Positions 1 through 8,407 of a stretch of DNA of 64,000 nucleotides are shown in pieces. Position numbers and translations under genes: made by a program. This DNA comes from Desulfonatronovibrionaceae bacterium (GTDB lineage: Bacteria > Desulfobacterota > Desulfovibrionia > Desulfovibrionales > Desulfonatronovibrionaceae). The stretch covers positions 1 through 64,000 of the forward strand of contig JBKHGE010000004.1 of the NCBI GenBank assembly GCA_046539845.1, in the 5' to 3' direction. Positions within the stretch are counted from its first letter, which is position 1; the number at the start of each line of letters is the position of its first letter. The notes under the pieces are model-generated. The model searched no databases and had not been told where the DNA came from. It worked only from the letters and a program-made list of their open reading frames with translations.

Positions 1-434
1 TCCATGATGCTCACGTCTATATCCAGGCGGACCATCTTTTGCTCTCCGACCTGAACAGTCTCCGGCTGCATGCCGGATTTATGGAACAATTCTACGGAAC
101 ATTCGGGCAAATAATCGGCCAATCCGCCCTCCAGGGCCAGGGACTTAAATCTCTGGCGCATGATTTCCGCCGAGGGAACTTTGGAAAGATCAAGGGCATA
201 TTGGAAAAAATCATCATCCATTACCTGGCGGACATTGTCGAAATCAGACTTTCCCTGGCAAATAAGACCGCACAGGGTTCTTATTATATCCTGTTCCGGG
301 ATATGCGGGTTCTTTTTGGGGGAGATCCTTTGGCAGAGGTCATCAAGCCCGGAGATTCTGGCCATCTCCCCGATAAGGGCCAAACCGGAGTGTCCCATTC
401 TGGAGGAAGATCGTTCTATTTTGTTTATGGTCAT
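1..434 (-). CDS. IS1380-family DDE transposase, N-terminal part (runs off window edge)
   Basis: Manual translation from ATG at 434, absent from ORF track: MTINKIERSSSRMGHSGLALIGEMARISGL...GKSDFDNVRQVMDDDFFQYALDLSKVPSAEIMRQRF...VRLDIDVSIM. The HSGLALIG, DFD, VPS..xRQR and LDID motifs match IS1380-type transposases from memory. GAGG RBS upstream. Confidence 0.8.
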   Translation of the reverse strand, partial: MTINKIERSSSRMGHSGLALIGEMARISGLDDLCQRISPKKNPHIPEQDIIRTLCGLICQGKSDFDNVRQVMDDDFFQYALDLSKVPSAEIMRQRFKSLALEGGLADYLPECSVELFHKSGMQPETVQVGEQKMVRLDIDVSIM

Positions 435-576
435 GCTTGCTAACCCTCATCACTTTTTAGGTGAACCGAGATAAACAGTTGCATTAGCATGACAAACTAC
501 TGAAATGTTTATGTTTAGTCAATATTTAAAATGCAGTATGACTGCAAAGTTGATGTAACAATTTCACGGCTCTAGG
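1..576 (-). mobile_element. IS1380-family insertion sequence, left end (partial)
   Basis: Transposase plus candidate terminal IR CCTAGAGCCGTGAAAT (minus strand, 576-561), resembling the CCT-starting ends of IS1380 members. The other end lies outside the window, so the IR pair cannot be confirmed. Confidence 0.65.
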
Positions 577-597
577 ACCTGGGTTGACTGGTTAGCC

Positions 598-1117
598 TTA
601 ATGTGTCCGGAATGTATTAAGCTCTCCACTTCCAAGCTCCATGGATGCATAAACTTCAAACAAATAGAGTTCTACTGAACTTTCAATTTCAACAACGGCA
701 ATAAAGCATTGTTCCAATCGCCTTTGCGAATCCTCGAACAAGGAACGAAGCTTAAGGTCGGCCATATTCTGTTCCCTTGCCCCCCACCAGGGTCTTGCTG
801 ACATTTGGCAATATAATAAGCCAATCTGCCACTAAAATGGCTATTGGAAGTAAGGTGCTGAAACAAACGATTTATGACGTTCCTCGAAATGCCATCATAC
901 AAAGGAGCTCCATGCTCAATGAACAGGTAGGTACCAAAAAAATCATTTTTTCTACCTATGCGCTCCAAAAGCTTAGCCTTCCTACACCCGTTTCCCGGAT
1001 CCAGGAAGCTAGAAATGGCGACTTCACATCTTCTTCAAGACGAGAAAAATGGGCTGGCAATATATTGGCTACCAATTCATGAAAACTTGTTTCGCAATTG
1101 TCGATCGGTTTTGGCAT
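598..1117 (-). pseudogene. GIY-YIG nuclease family protein, two frameshifts
   Basis: Three consecutive frames join into MPKPIDNCETSFHELVANILPAHF...GVG / KAKLLERIGRKNDFFGTYLFIEHGAPLYDGISRNVINRLFQH...DPGG / AREQNMAD...ELYLFEVYASMELGSGELNTFRTH*. Has GxY...YxG...R..QH signature. Shifts near 980 and in the C6 run at 780-785. Confidence 0.7.
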
Positions 1118-1377
1118 TTTCGTTCTTTAGCCTTACAGTATTATTGTCCGGAATTCAAATAAACCAAATTTCTTTCTAACCTTATCAAAGTTTATTTTGC
1201 AAGTAATTTTTCAACTAACGCTCACCTCGATTTTATATTAAATAATAATCATATTAATGTGTTATAGTATAAAACCAAACATTTATTGACAGCAAGCCCT
1301 GTTTTACGCTTTTGTTTGAGATCATGTTTATATACTAGTTACCCATTTTGCGCCGGTCCTGTTTTGGGTAGGAAGGT

Positions 1378-1462
1378 GGTATATCGGACTCCGGGCGTTC
1401 CCCCGGACTATTTACGCGACATACCCGACTTGCAAAGGTCGGGCATGGATTGGCTATATACC
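1378..1462 (-). ncRNA. candidate structured RNA (three-way junction), unassigned family
   Basis: Outer stem GGTATAT/ATATACC encloses hairpins CATGCCCGAC/GTCGGGTATG and TCCGGG/CCCGGA. GC-rich patch in an AT-rich intergenic region. Confidence 0.35.
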
Positions 1463-1656
1463 CTAGTGGACTGGGGAAAAATAAAACATATTTATTCTTA
1501 ATTTTATCCAAGCTTGCTCGATAAGTTTTTTTCAACTCGATCCGATCTTGGTTCATCTTTTTGATATTATTTCTCAACAGGTTACAATATCAAGTCCCAT
1601 TATCCCTTAATGCGGGTTGAAACCTGTATGCGTTACGGTTAATTCTTTAAACCGAG

Positions 1657-3081
1657 ATGAGTACTGATTCAACCAAGCCGCAGCTTCTAAACGACCTGGC
1701 CTCCCTGTCCGGCCTGCTTCCTCCAGTGTATGAGGTCGGCGGCGCGGTGCGGGACCGTCTGCTGGGACGGGGAAACTGCGACATAGACGTAGCCACGCAG
1801 GACCCCCAAAAAGCGGCCATGCTCATGGAACGCACATTCGGGACGAAAACGGTCGTCTTTAACCGCGAAAACCGGGCCACGGTCTGCTACCGGATAATTG
1901 GTCCGGATGATCCGAGAAGCCATCTGGACATTGTTCCTATTCAGGGGGAAAGCATTGAAAACGACCTGGCCCGGCGCGACTTTTCCATTAACGCCATGGC
2001 CAGGCCCATTGGGGCGGAAAAAGACTCCGGAATCATCGATCCATACGGCGGGAAAGAGGACTTGAGACAGGGAATAATCCGGGAGACCAGACCGGGAAAC
2101 ATCCGGAGTGATCCCCTGCGCATCCTGCGCGCTTTCCGTCTCCAGGCCCAGTTGGGTTTTGAACTGCATCAAAACACCCGGAGGATGCTCAGTGAAAATG
2201 CCGCTTTAGTCAGCGAAAGCGCCCCGGAAAGGATCAGGGAGGAACTCATCTTACTCCTGGGTTTGTCCGGGGCATGTTCCCGGCTCCGGGACATGGACGA
2301 TCTGGGAGTGCTTGCGGCGCTGTTCCCGGAGATAGAGGACATGCGCGGCTGTGAGCAAAACTCCTTTCACCACCTGGACGTTTTGGAGCACAGCCTTAAA
2401 GCTTGCGTAAACTGCGAGGAAATCACCACAGATCCGGAACGGTCTTTCCCCGGACACGGAGAAAAGATAAACTCAATCCTTTCTTCCGATTTCCGCCTGC
2501 CCTGGCTGAAGCTGGCCGCACTGCTGCACGACATGGGCAAACCTCCCTGCCGGAAAAAGCACGGCCGCTCCGGGAGAACAATATTTTACGGGCACGAGGA
2601 AAAAGGGGCGGAAATGGCCGCGGATACGGCCCAAAGATTCAGGCTTTCCGTCCGGGAGAAAGGATATCTCCAGCTTTTGATCTCTAAGCACATGCATATA
2701 TTCGCCCTGTCCGGGGCGGAAGTAAAAAAAAGCACATTAATGCGCTTTTTGCGCCGGGTCGGGGATGATCTGATTCCCATAGTTATCCTCGGGTTGGCCG
2801 ACAGTCGGGCCACGCAGGGAGAAAAACGCCCCCCGGAGGAAGCGAAAAGATTTGAAGTCTGGGCCAGAGAGGTGATCCGGGATTATTTCCGGGACCTTAA
2901 GACCGAGATGGAACAAAACCCCCTTCTTACCGGGCAGGACCTTCTGCGCATGGGCCTTTCCTCGGGACCGCGAATAGGGAAGATACTCCGGGAGGCCCGC
3001 CTCGCTCAGGACGACGGAATTATAACCGACAGAAACGAGGCCCTGGCCTGGGCCAGAAAAAGACTGGCACCCCACCCCTAA
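1657..3081 (+). CDS. class II tRNA nucleotidyltransferase with HD domain (probably CC-adding)
   Basis: Motifs VGGAVRD..LG, DIDV, DLARRDFSINAMA, DPLRILRAFR, ERIREEL; HD domain (EHS...ALLHDMGK). Confidence 0.9.
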   Translation: MSTDSTKPQLLNDLASLSGLLPPVYEVGGAVRDRLLGRGNCDIDVATQDPQKAAMLMERTFGTKTVVFNRENRATVCYRIIGPDDPRSHLDIVPIQGESIENDLARRDFSINAMARPIGAEKDSGIIDPYGGKEDLRQGIIRETRPGNIRSDPLRILRAFRLQAQLGFELHQNTRRMLSENAALVSESAPERIREELILLLGLSGACSRLRDMDDLGVLAALFPEIEDMRGCEQNSFHHLDVLEHSLKACVNCEEITTDPERSFPGHGEKINSILSSDFRLPWLKLAALLHDMGKPPCRKKHGRSGRTIFYGHEEKGAEMAADTAQRFRLSVREKGYLQLLISKHMHIFALSGAEVKKSTLMRFLRRVGDDLIPIVILGLADSRATQGEKRPPEEAKRFEVWAREVIRDYFRDLKTEMEQNPLLTGQDLLRMGLSSGPRIGKILREARLAQDDGIITDRNEALAWARKRLAPHP

Positions 3082-3110
3082 AATCCTGGCCTGCTTTTCC
3101 CCGCCCCTTC

Positions 3111-3142
3111 CCCCTTGACAGATGCGGCTTAAGACCTATTTT
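3111..3142 (+). promoter_or_regulatory. putative htpG promoter
   Basis: CCCCTTGACA followed 14 nt later by CCTATTT (RpoH-like), or TTGACA-N16-TATTTT (sigma70-like). Confidence 0.4.
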
Positions 3143-3237
3143 TATAGGTTGTCATGCAGCCCATTAATATCAAACACCTAAATTTTGCTTGCGAGCAAAA
3201 ACGGCGATAAGCAAAACCCTAAAAGGAGAATTCGCCC

Positions 3238-5133
3238 ATGAGCGCCAAAAATGCAGAACAGCACGAATTCCAGGCGGAAATAAAAAAGCTTCTGGATATC
3301 ATCATTCACTCCTTGTACACGAACAAGGAGATTTTCCTGCGCGAACTGATCTCCAACTCCTCGGACGCTCTGGACAAGGTCCGCTTTGAGCAGAGCCGGT
3401 CCACGGAGCTAAACGACCCGGATGCCCAGCTGGATATCCGCATCGAAACGGACAAGGACAATTCCAAAATAACGATCAGGGACACCGGAGTGGGCATGAC
3501 CAAGCAGGAGGTCCTGGACAATATCGGGACCATCGCCCATTCCGGTTCCGAGGAATTTCTGCGCCAGGTTTCCGAATCCAAGGAAAAGCCGGAGAATATA
3601 ATCGGGCAATTCGGAGTGGGATTTTATTCCGTATTCATGGTCGCCTCGGAAGTGACCCTGCACACCCAGTCCGCCACTCCGGGAAGCAAGCCGGTCCGCT
3701 GGCATTCGGACGGCCTGGGCAGCTACACCGTGGAGGAAGTGGACCAGGATATGAACCGGGGAACCACAATAGAGGTGTCCCTGCGCGAGGACGACTCCGA
3801 GTTCGCCGATCCAGAGCGGCTGAAGGATATCATCAAGAAACACTCCAATTTCATCTCCTTTCCCATATACGTGGATGAGGAAAAGGTGAACACCATCCCC
3901 GCCCTGTGGAAGGAGCCCAAGTTCCAGATAAAAAAGGAGCAGTACAAGGAATTCTACCAGTTTTTGACCTATGACACGGAAGAGCCGTTCGAGACTTTGC
4001 ACGTGTCCGTGGACGCCCCGGTGCAGTTCAACGCCCTTATCTTCATACCCAAAAAGGCCCCGCTTTTCTTTGACTACCAGAACATGGAATATGGCCTGGA
4101 TCTATATGTGAACCGGGTACTTATCCAGCGGGAGAACAAGGATCTCATCCCGCAGTACCTAGGCTTTTGCAAGGGAGTAGTGGACAGCGAGGACCTGCCC
4201 CTGAACATCGCCAGGGAGGGCATCCAGCAGAGCGCGCTCATTCGCAAGATATCCAACAACCTGACCAACCAAATCCTGTCCCGGCTTAATAAAATCGCGG
4301 AAAAGGAACCGGAGCGCTACGCCGAGTTCTGGAAAGAGCACGGCAAGCTGTTTAAGCTGGCCTATACCGATTTCCAGAGACAGGACAAGATAAAACCTCT
4401 GGTCCGTTTCAATTCCTCGCATTTAAGCGACCCCTTTGCGCTCACCTCGCTTGAGGAATACAAGGGCCGCATGCAAGAGGGACAGGACAAGATATACTAC
4501 ATCTCCGGGACCACCCGCGAGGCCATCGAGTCCAGTCCGCACATGGAACTCTTGCGCAAAAAGGGTGTGGAGGTCTTGTATCTATACGAGGCGATCGACG
4601 AATTCTTGCTGGAGAGCCTGGGCGACTACGAGGGCCTCCAGTTTACTGCTGCCGAGCATATCGACCCGGCCGAACTGGACCAAAAAGACGGAGACAAGGA
4701 AGAGGCAGACAAAAAGGAGGAAAAGGATCCGGAAATAGGAGATCTCTTGAAAAAGATGCAGGATATCCTGGGCGACCGGGTAACCGAGGTCCGTGCCTCA
4801 AAACGGCTGCAAACCAGCCCGGCCTGCCTGGTCAATCCGGACGGAAGCATGAGTTCACAGATGCAAAAAATCATGCAGCAGATAAACCAGGACAATTCCA
4901 TACCCAAAAAGGTCCTGGAAATAAATCCGGAGCACGAGCTGACCCGCAACTTGAGCAAGGTATATGAGAACGATCCGGATTCCGAATTCGTAACCAAGGC
5001 CACGGAGCAGATATTCGAGTCCGCCCTTCTTCTGGAGGGATACCTAAAGGATCCGCATGCCCTGGTGAACAGGACCTTTGATCTCTTGACCCAGTCCAGC
5101 GCCCAGTTCGCGCCGGACAAAGAATCCGCCTAA
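3238..5133 (+). CDS. htpG: molecular chaperone HtpG (Hsp90)
   Basis: FQAE, SLYTNKEIFLRELISN, IGQFGVGFYS, GVVDSEDLPLN, LEINPEH; AGGAG RBS. Confidence 0.98.
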   Translation: MSAKNAEQHEFQAEIKKLLDIIIHSLYTNKEIFLRELISNSSDALDKVRFEQSRSTELNDPDAQLDIRIETDKDNSKITIRDTGVGMTKQEVLDNIGTIAHSGSEEFLRQVSESKEKPENIIGQFGVGFYSVFMVASEVTLHTQSATPGSKPVRWHSDGLGSYTVEEVDQDMNRGTTIEVSLREDDSEFADPERLKDIIKKHSNFISFPIYVDEEKVNTIPALWKEPKFQIKKEQYKEFYQFLTYDTEEPFETLHVSVDAPVQFNALIFIPKKAPLFFDYQNMEYGLDLYVNRVLIQRENKDLIPQYLGFCKGVVDSEDLPLNIAREGIQQSALIRKISNNLTNQILSRLNKIAEKEPERYAEFWKEHGKLFKLAYTDFQRQDKIKPLVRFNSSHLSDPFALTSLEEYKGRMQEGQDKIYYISGTTREAIESSPHMELLRKKGVEVLYLYEAIDEFLLESLGDYEGLQFTAAEHIDPAELDQKDGDKEEADKKEEKDPEIGDLLKKMQDILGDRVTEVRASKRLQTSPACLVNPDGSMSSQMQKIMQQINQDNSIPKKVLEINPEHELTRNLSKVYENDPDSEFVTKATEQIFESALLLEGYLKDPHALVNRTFDLLTQSSAQFAPDKESA

Positions 5134-5139
5134 AACACC

Positions 5140-5181
5140 TTTCCCCGGCACTCAGGATTCAAATCTTGAGTGCCGGGGAAA
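5140..5181. terminator. hairpin between convergent htpG and ygjP-like genes
   Basis: 15-bp perfect inverted repeat TTTCCCCGGCACTCA / TGAGTGCCGGGGAAA between two stop codons. Confidence 0.75.
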
Positions 5182-5185
5182 ACCA

Positions 5186-5917
5186 TCAAACCCAGCCCGG
5201 GAGATAGGAAAAAGCCCTGCCCAGCTCCCTCTCCGCTTCCCTGTACCTGGGACGGAAAGAGGCGACCATGTCCCAGAACCGGGTGGAATGATCCGGCCGA
5301 GCCAGGTGACATAGTTCATGGACAAAAAGCTGATCCACTAGCCTGTACGGAAGGAACATGAGCTTGGCGTTCAGGCTGATGTTCTTTTTTTCGGAACAGC
5401 TCCCCCAGCGGGTTTTTTGCATGCCCACCCGGATACCATGTGGATAAAAACCGACCTCCTGGGCAGCCTCTAAAAGTCGGGGAACAAGCTTTTGCTTGGC
5501 CTGGACGCGGACAAATCCGCAAAGCAAATCCAGAATAACCGCTCGATCGGCGTTGTCCGTGCCCCCAAGTAAAATCCGGTTTTCCTCCGGCAGAAGACGG
5601 GGCTCGCCTCCGGGACAAATATCCACCCGGATACGGCGCTGCGTGGCCCGGAAAAAAATCTCCTGCGGCAACTCAGGCGCCCCGGAAAACTCAATACCCT
5701 GCTTTTCCATTTTTTGCCGGGTTTTTTCAATCCACTGCCGCTTTTCGTTAACCACTTCCGACAGATACTGCGGATTGAACCCCATGGGTATGGTAACCCG
5801 AATGCCTCGGCCGGGCACAAGACGAATAAGAACGCGCCTGGCCCGGTGGTGTTCCCGAACCTCCACCGGCAAGCCAGATATCTCATCCTCAAAGGTATAT
5901 ATCTTTAATCCAGGCAT
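5186..5917 (-). CDS. YgjP/DUF45-like M48 family metallopeptidase domain protein
   Basis: QKTRWGSCS, VHELCHL...HS..FW motifs. Confidence 0.9.
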   Translation of the reverse strand: MPGLKIYTFEDEISGLPVEVREHHRARRVLIRLVPGRGIRVTIPMGFNPQYLSEVVNEKRQWIEKTRQKMEKQGIEFSGAPELPQEIFFRATQRRIRVDICPGGEPRLLPEENRILLGGTDNADRAVILDLLCGFVRVQAKQKLVPRLLEAAQEVGFYPHGIRVGMQKTRWGSCSEKKNISLNAKLMFLPYRLVDQLFVHELCHLARPDHSTRFWDMVASFRPRYREAERELGRAFSYLPGWV

Positions 5918-5954
5918 AATCAGAGCCTTTTTTAAAAATCCGCTTTTGGCCTCT

Positions 5955-5983
5955 TTGACCGAGAAGCATTTGCAGACTAATCT
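5955..5983 (+). promoter_or_regulatory. putative sigma70 promoter for the CMD gene
   Basis: TTGACC-N17-TAATCT. Confidence 0.45.
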
Positions 5984-6083
5984 TTTTCCATCGCGCCAAG
6001 CGAATCCGGAAATAGGGGACCGCCATAATTCGCATACGCAGCCGGGATGTTATTCCCTAAAAGATCTCAACAAGGAGACTAAA

Positions 6084-6440
6084 ATGGCAAATCTGCATGA
6101 ATACGAAGAAGAATTCTGGGAACTAACCGAGGAATCCAGAGCGCTCATGCCCGATTTAAACGCCGCCTACTACGGCGGGATCAAAGACGCGGTCTTTAAC
6201 GACAGCGAACCCGGACTCAAGACCAAGCGGCTCGTGGCTTTGGGAATCGCGGTGCAAAACGGCTGCGAACCGTGCATCATCTCCCAGGTTAATCACGCCC
6301 TGAACCAGGGGGCGACAGTAAAGGAAATAATCGGGGCCTGTTCCGTAGCCATAAGTATGGGCGGAACGCTCGCCTGGAGCAATTTGCTTACGGCAATCAA
6401 ATATCTGCGGGAAAAAGGGCTTATCCCTAAAGAGACATAA
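6084..6440 (+). CDS. carboxymuconolactone decarboxylase/AhpD family protein
   Basis: Likely start ATG 6084 after AAGGAG; KTKRLVALGIAV..GCEPCI...ALNQGAT..EI pattern with CxxC. Confidence 0.88.
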   Translation: MANLHEYEEEFWELTEESRALMPDLNAAYYGGIKDAVFNDSEPGLKTKRLVALGIAVQNGCEPCIISQVNHALNQGATVKEIIGACSVAISMGGTLAWSNLLTAIKYLREKGLIPKET

Positions 6441-6476
6441 CGGCCTGATATCTCGAATTTTGGTTGGTTAAGAAGA

Positions 6477-7490
6477 TTATTCACCCTCTTGGCCGTCTTT
6501 TCCCTCCCCGGTCAAACCGGAAAGATCCACGGTGCGCACAACCAACTTTTTTTGCTTCAGATAGCGCATAATGGAGTTCTTGCCCTCCAGGACCACTTTC
6601 TTGCCCGGGTTTTCGCGGACTATAAGCACCGGCACCCCACGGAATCCGCGGCCGGAAAAATATTGTTTCGCCTTTTCGATTTGCTCTATTGTTCTTTCAG
6701 GCGGAAGCCGCGGCTCAATATCCGCGTCTTTAGTGCTCTCCACCCGCAAGACAGCCATAAAAACGTTTTCTTCCCGCTCATCAGAACCGAGTATGGCCCG
6801 AACCCGGTAGAGATCTTCTTTCTTGTCGTTCAAAGGGATGAGGTGCCAGAAGAACGGGTCGCGGTTGTTCACCGCCAGGTTGGCCAGGACCTCGCTGCAA
6901 TGGCCGCAGTGCAGGCCGAAGAAAAAGTAGAACCGGGGCCATTTGTGCTCCGGATCAGCCTTTTTGGAAATGACCTCGATCCGGTCCAGTTCAATTGCTG
7001 AATGTCTGTAATCCAAAGCCGAGGTAGAGGCAAAGCCCCCCGCCCATACGGCGCAGGCCAGAGCAAATATTAAAAGGCTCTTTCTGCACCAAGCCAAAAG
7101 CCCGGACGCGAGAAACAAAAAAGCGGCCACGACCATGCACAGCAGGCATTTCTCCTGCACAGCGGTGAGCTGAAAGCCCAAAAGGCCGCCGTCAAAGGCC
7201 ATGGCCCCGAGCACTAGAAGGAGAATCAAGTTCCACAGCCAGATGCGGTCATAGCGCCCGGCAAAAAAGGACAGCAACCAAACAAACCAGTAGAATGCCG
7301 CCCCGGCGATTATAAGCGAGAGCTCACCGAAACGCACATATTCACCGGCCACCTTGCAGCCCTCGGTGGCGCACAACCCCTCGGCATGCTTGGTCTGCAT
7401 CCAGACATCGATACTCAAGACAAGGGCGGCCGCTACCAGAAGAAGCTGCAAAGAATAGAGTTTGAATCTGCTCATGGATAAGGCTTTCAT
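6477..7490 (-). CDS. VKOR-family membrane protein fused to a thioredoxin-like domain
   Basis: About 5 TM segments, loop Cys pair (LCATEGC), CLLC, and a C-terminal CGHC...GVP thioredoxin fold. Start may be 7490 or 7475. Confidence 0.75.
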   Translation of the reverse strand: MKALSMSRFKLYSLQLLLVAAALVLSIDVWMQTKHAEGLCATEGCKVAGEYVRFGELSLIIAGAAFYWFVWLLSFFAGRYDRIWLWNLILLLVLGAMAFDGGLLGFQLTAVQEKCLLCMVVAAFLFLASGLLAWCRKSLLIFALACAVWAGGFASTSALDYRHSAIELDRIEVISKKADPEHKWPRFYFFFGLHCGHCSEVLANLAVNNRDPFFWHLIPLNDKKEDLYRVRAILGSDEREENVFMAVLRVESTKDADIEPRLPPERTIEQIEKAKQYFSGRGFRGVPVLIVRENPGKKVVLEGKNSIMRYLKQKKLVVRTVDLSGLTGEGKDGQEGE

Positions 7491-7584
7491 TGCGTTTACT
7501 TTTTTTGGACCCGGGCTGGCTTTTTCCTGCCGCCATCTGCCAGCCGGGAAAAGAGGTTTGTTAACCGTTCGTGCCAGTCGGCTG

Positions 7585-7613
7585 TTGACATTCAACTGGC
7601 AAAATCAGATACT
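7585..7613 (+). promoter_or_regulatory. putative sigma70 promoter of yccA-lpxK-rnr
   Basis: TTGACA-N17-GATACT, overlapped by inverted repeat TGCCAGT...ACTGGCA (7572-7601). Confidence 0.5.
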
Positions 7614-7659
7614 AAAAAAGGAACCACCGGACAACCTGTTTTTAAGGAGGACAAAAACA

Positions 7660-8367
7660 ATGACCGAGTACAACACCACGCCGTCCAGCGTCGCCAAAGC
7701 AGAGGCTTTAAATGCCTTTATGCGCGGTGTCTATTCCTGGATGGGCCTAGGGCTGGCCCTGACCGCCCTGGCTGCCTACGGCATGGTTTCCAGCCCGGCC
7801 CTGATAGAGACCCTGAAAGCGAACCAGCTCCTTTTTTGGGGGCTTATAATCGGAGAACTGCTCTTGGTGGTGGCCATAAGCGGAGGCATCTCCAAGATGT
7901 CCGCGGGTACAGCCACTGGATTATTCCTTTTATACAGCGGTCTGAACGGGGTAACCATATCCGTGATCCTGCTGGTTTTCACCGCCACGTCCATATTCTC
8001 CACCTTTTTGGTCTGTGCCGGGATGTTCGCGGCAATGAGCGTCTACGGTCTGACCACCAAAAAGGATCTGACATCGTGGGGCAGCTTTTTGTTCATGGGC
8101 CTTGTGGGCATAATTTTGGCCTTTGTGGTCAATATCTTCCTGCAGAGCTCGGCTATGCATTTCGTGATAAGCGGTATCGGGATAATCGTGTTCGTGGGTT
8201 TGACCGCTTATGACACACAAAAGCTGAAGCGCATGGGAGAATCCGCGCCCATGGACGACGGGACCGCGATCAGACGGGGAACCATCCTCGGAGCACTCAC
8301 CCTGTATCTGGACTTCATCAACCTGTTTCTCATGCTTCTGCAATTCTTTGGTCAGATGCGCGAGTAA
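7660..8367 (+). CDS. Bax inhibitor-1/YccA family membrane protein
   Basis: Start ATG 7660 after AAGGAGG; FMRGVYSWM, TKKDLT, AYDTQKLK, ALTLYLDFINLFL. Confidence 0.93.
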   Translation: MTEYNTTPSSVAKAEALNAFMRGVYSWMGLGLALTALAAYGMVSSPALIETLKANQLLFWGLIIGELLLVVAISGGISKMSAGTATGLFLLYSGLNGVTISVILLVFTATSIFSTFLVCAGMFAAMSVYGLTTKKDLTSWGSFLFMGLVGIILAFVVNIFLQSSAMHFVISGIGIIVFVGLTAYDTQKLKRMGESAPMDDGTAIRRGTILGALTLYLDFINLFLMLLQFFGQMRE

Positions 8368-8374
8368 AAGTCCC

Positions 8375-8400
8375 GCCCGGCCAGAGCTATCCGGCCGGGC
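8375..8400 (+). terminator. GC-rich hairpin after yccA-like gene (weak terminator or processing stem)
   Basis: GCCCGGCC...GGCCGGGC with only a short U tail. Confidence 0.4.
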
Positions 8401-8407
8401 TTCGGCC

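Noticed and set aside
39..474. Plus-strand ORFs 39-443 and 160-474
   Set aside because: Shadows of the minus-strand transposase.
1378..1462. Retron msr/msd or known ribozyme (pistol, twister, hammerhead) assignment
   Set aside because: No reverse transcriptase in the window and catalytic core consensus not matched; kept only as an unassigned candidate.
1286..1577. Short ORFs 1286-1501(+) and 1335-1577(-)
   Set aside because: No RBS or recognisable motif; they overlap the structured GC patch.
5147..5175. CIRCE-like GCACTC...GAGTGC next to htpG
   Set aside because: Spacer is 14 nt rather than 9, the TTA/TAA ends are missing and it lies downstream of the gene; better explained as a terminator hairpin.
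5496..6083. Long N-terminal extension of the CMD ORF (314 aa in track)
   Set aside because: Mostly antisense to the YgjP-like gene; a strong RBS and ATG lie at 6084.
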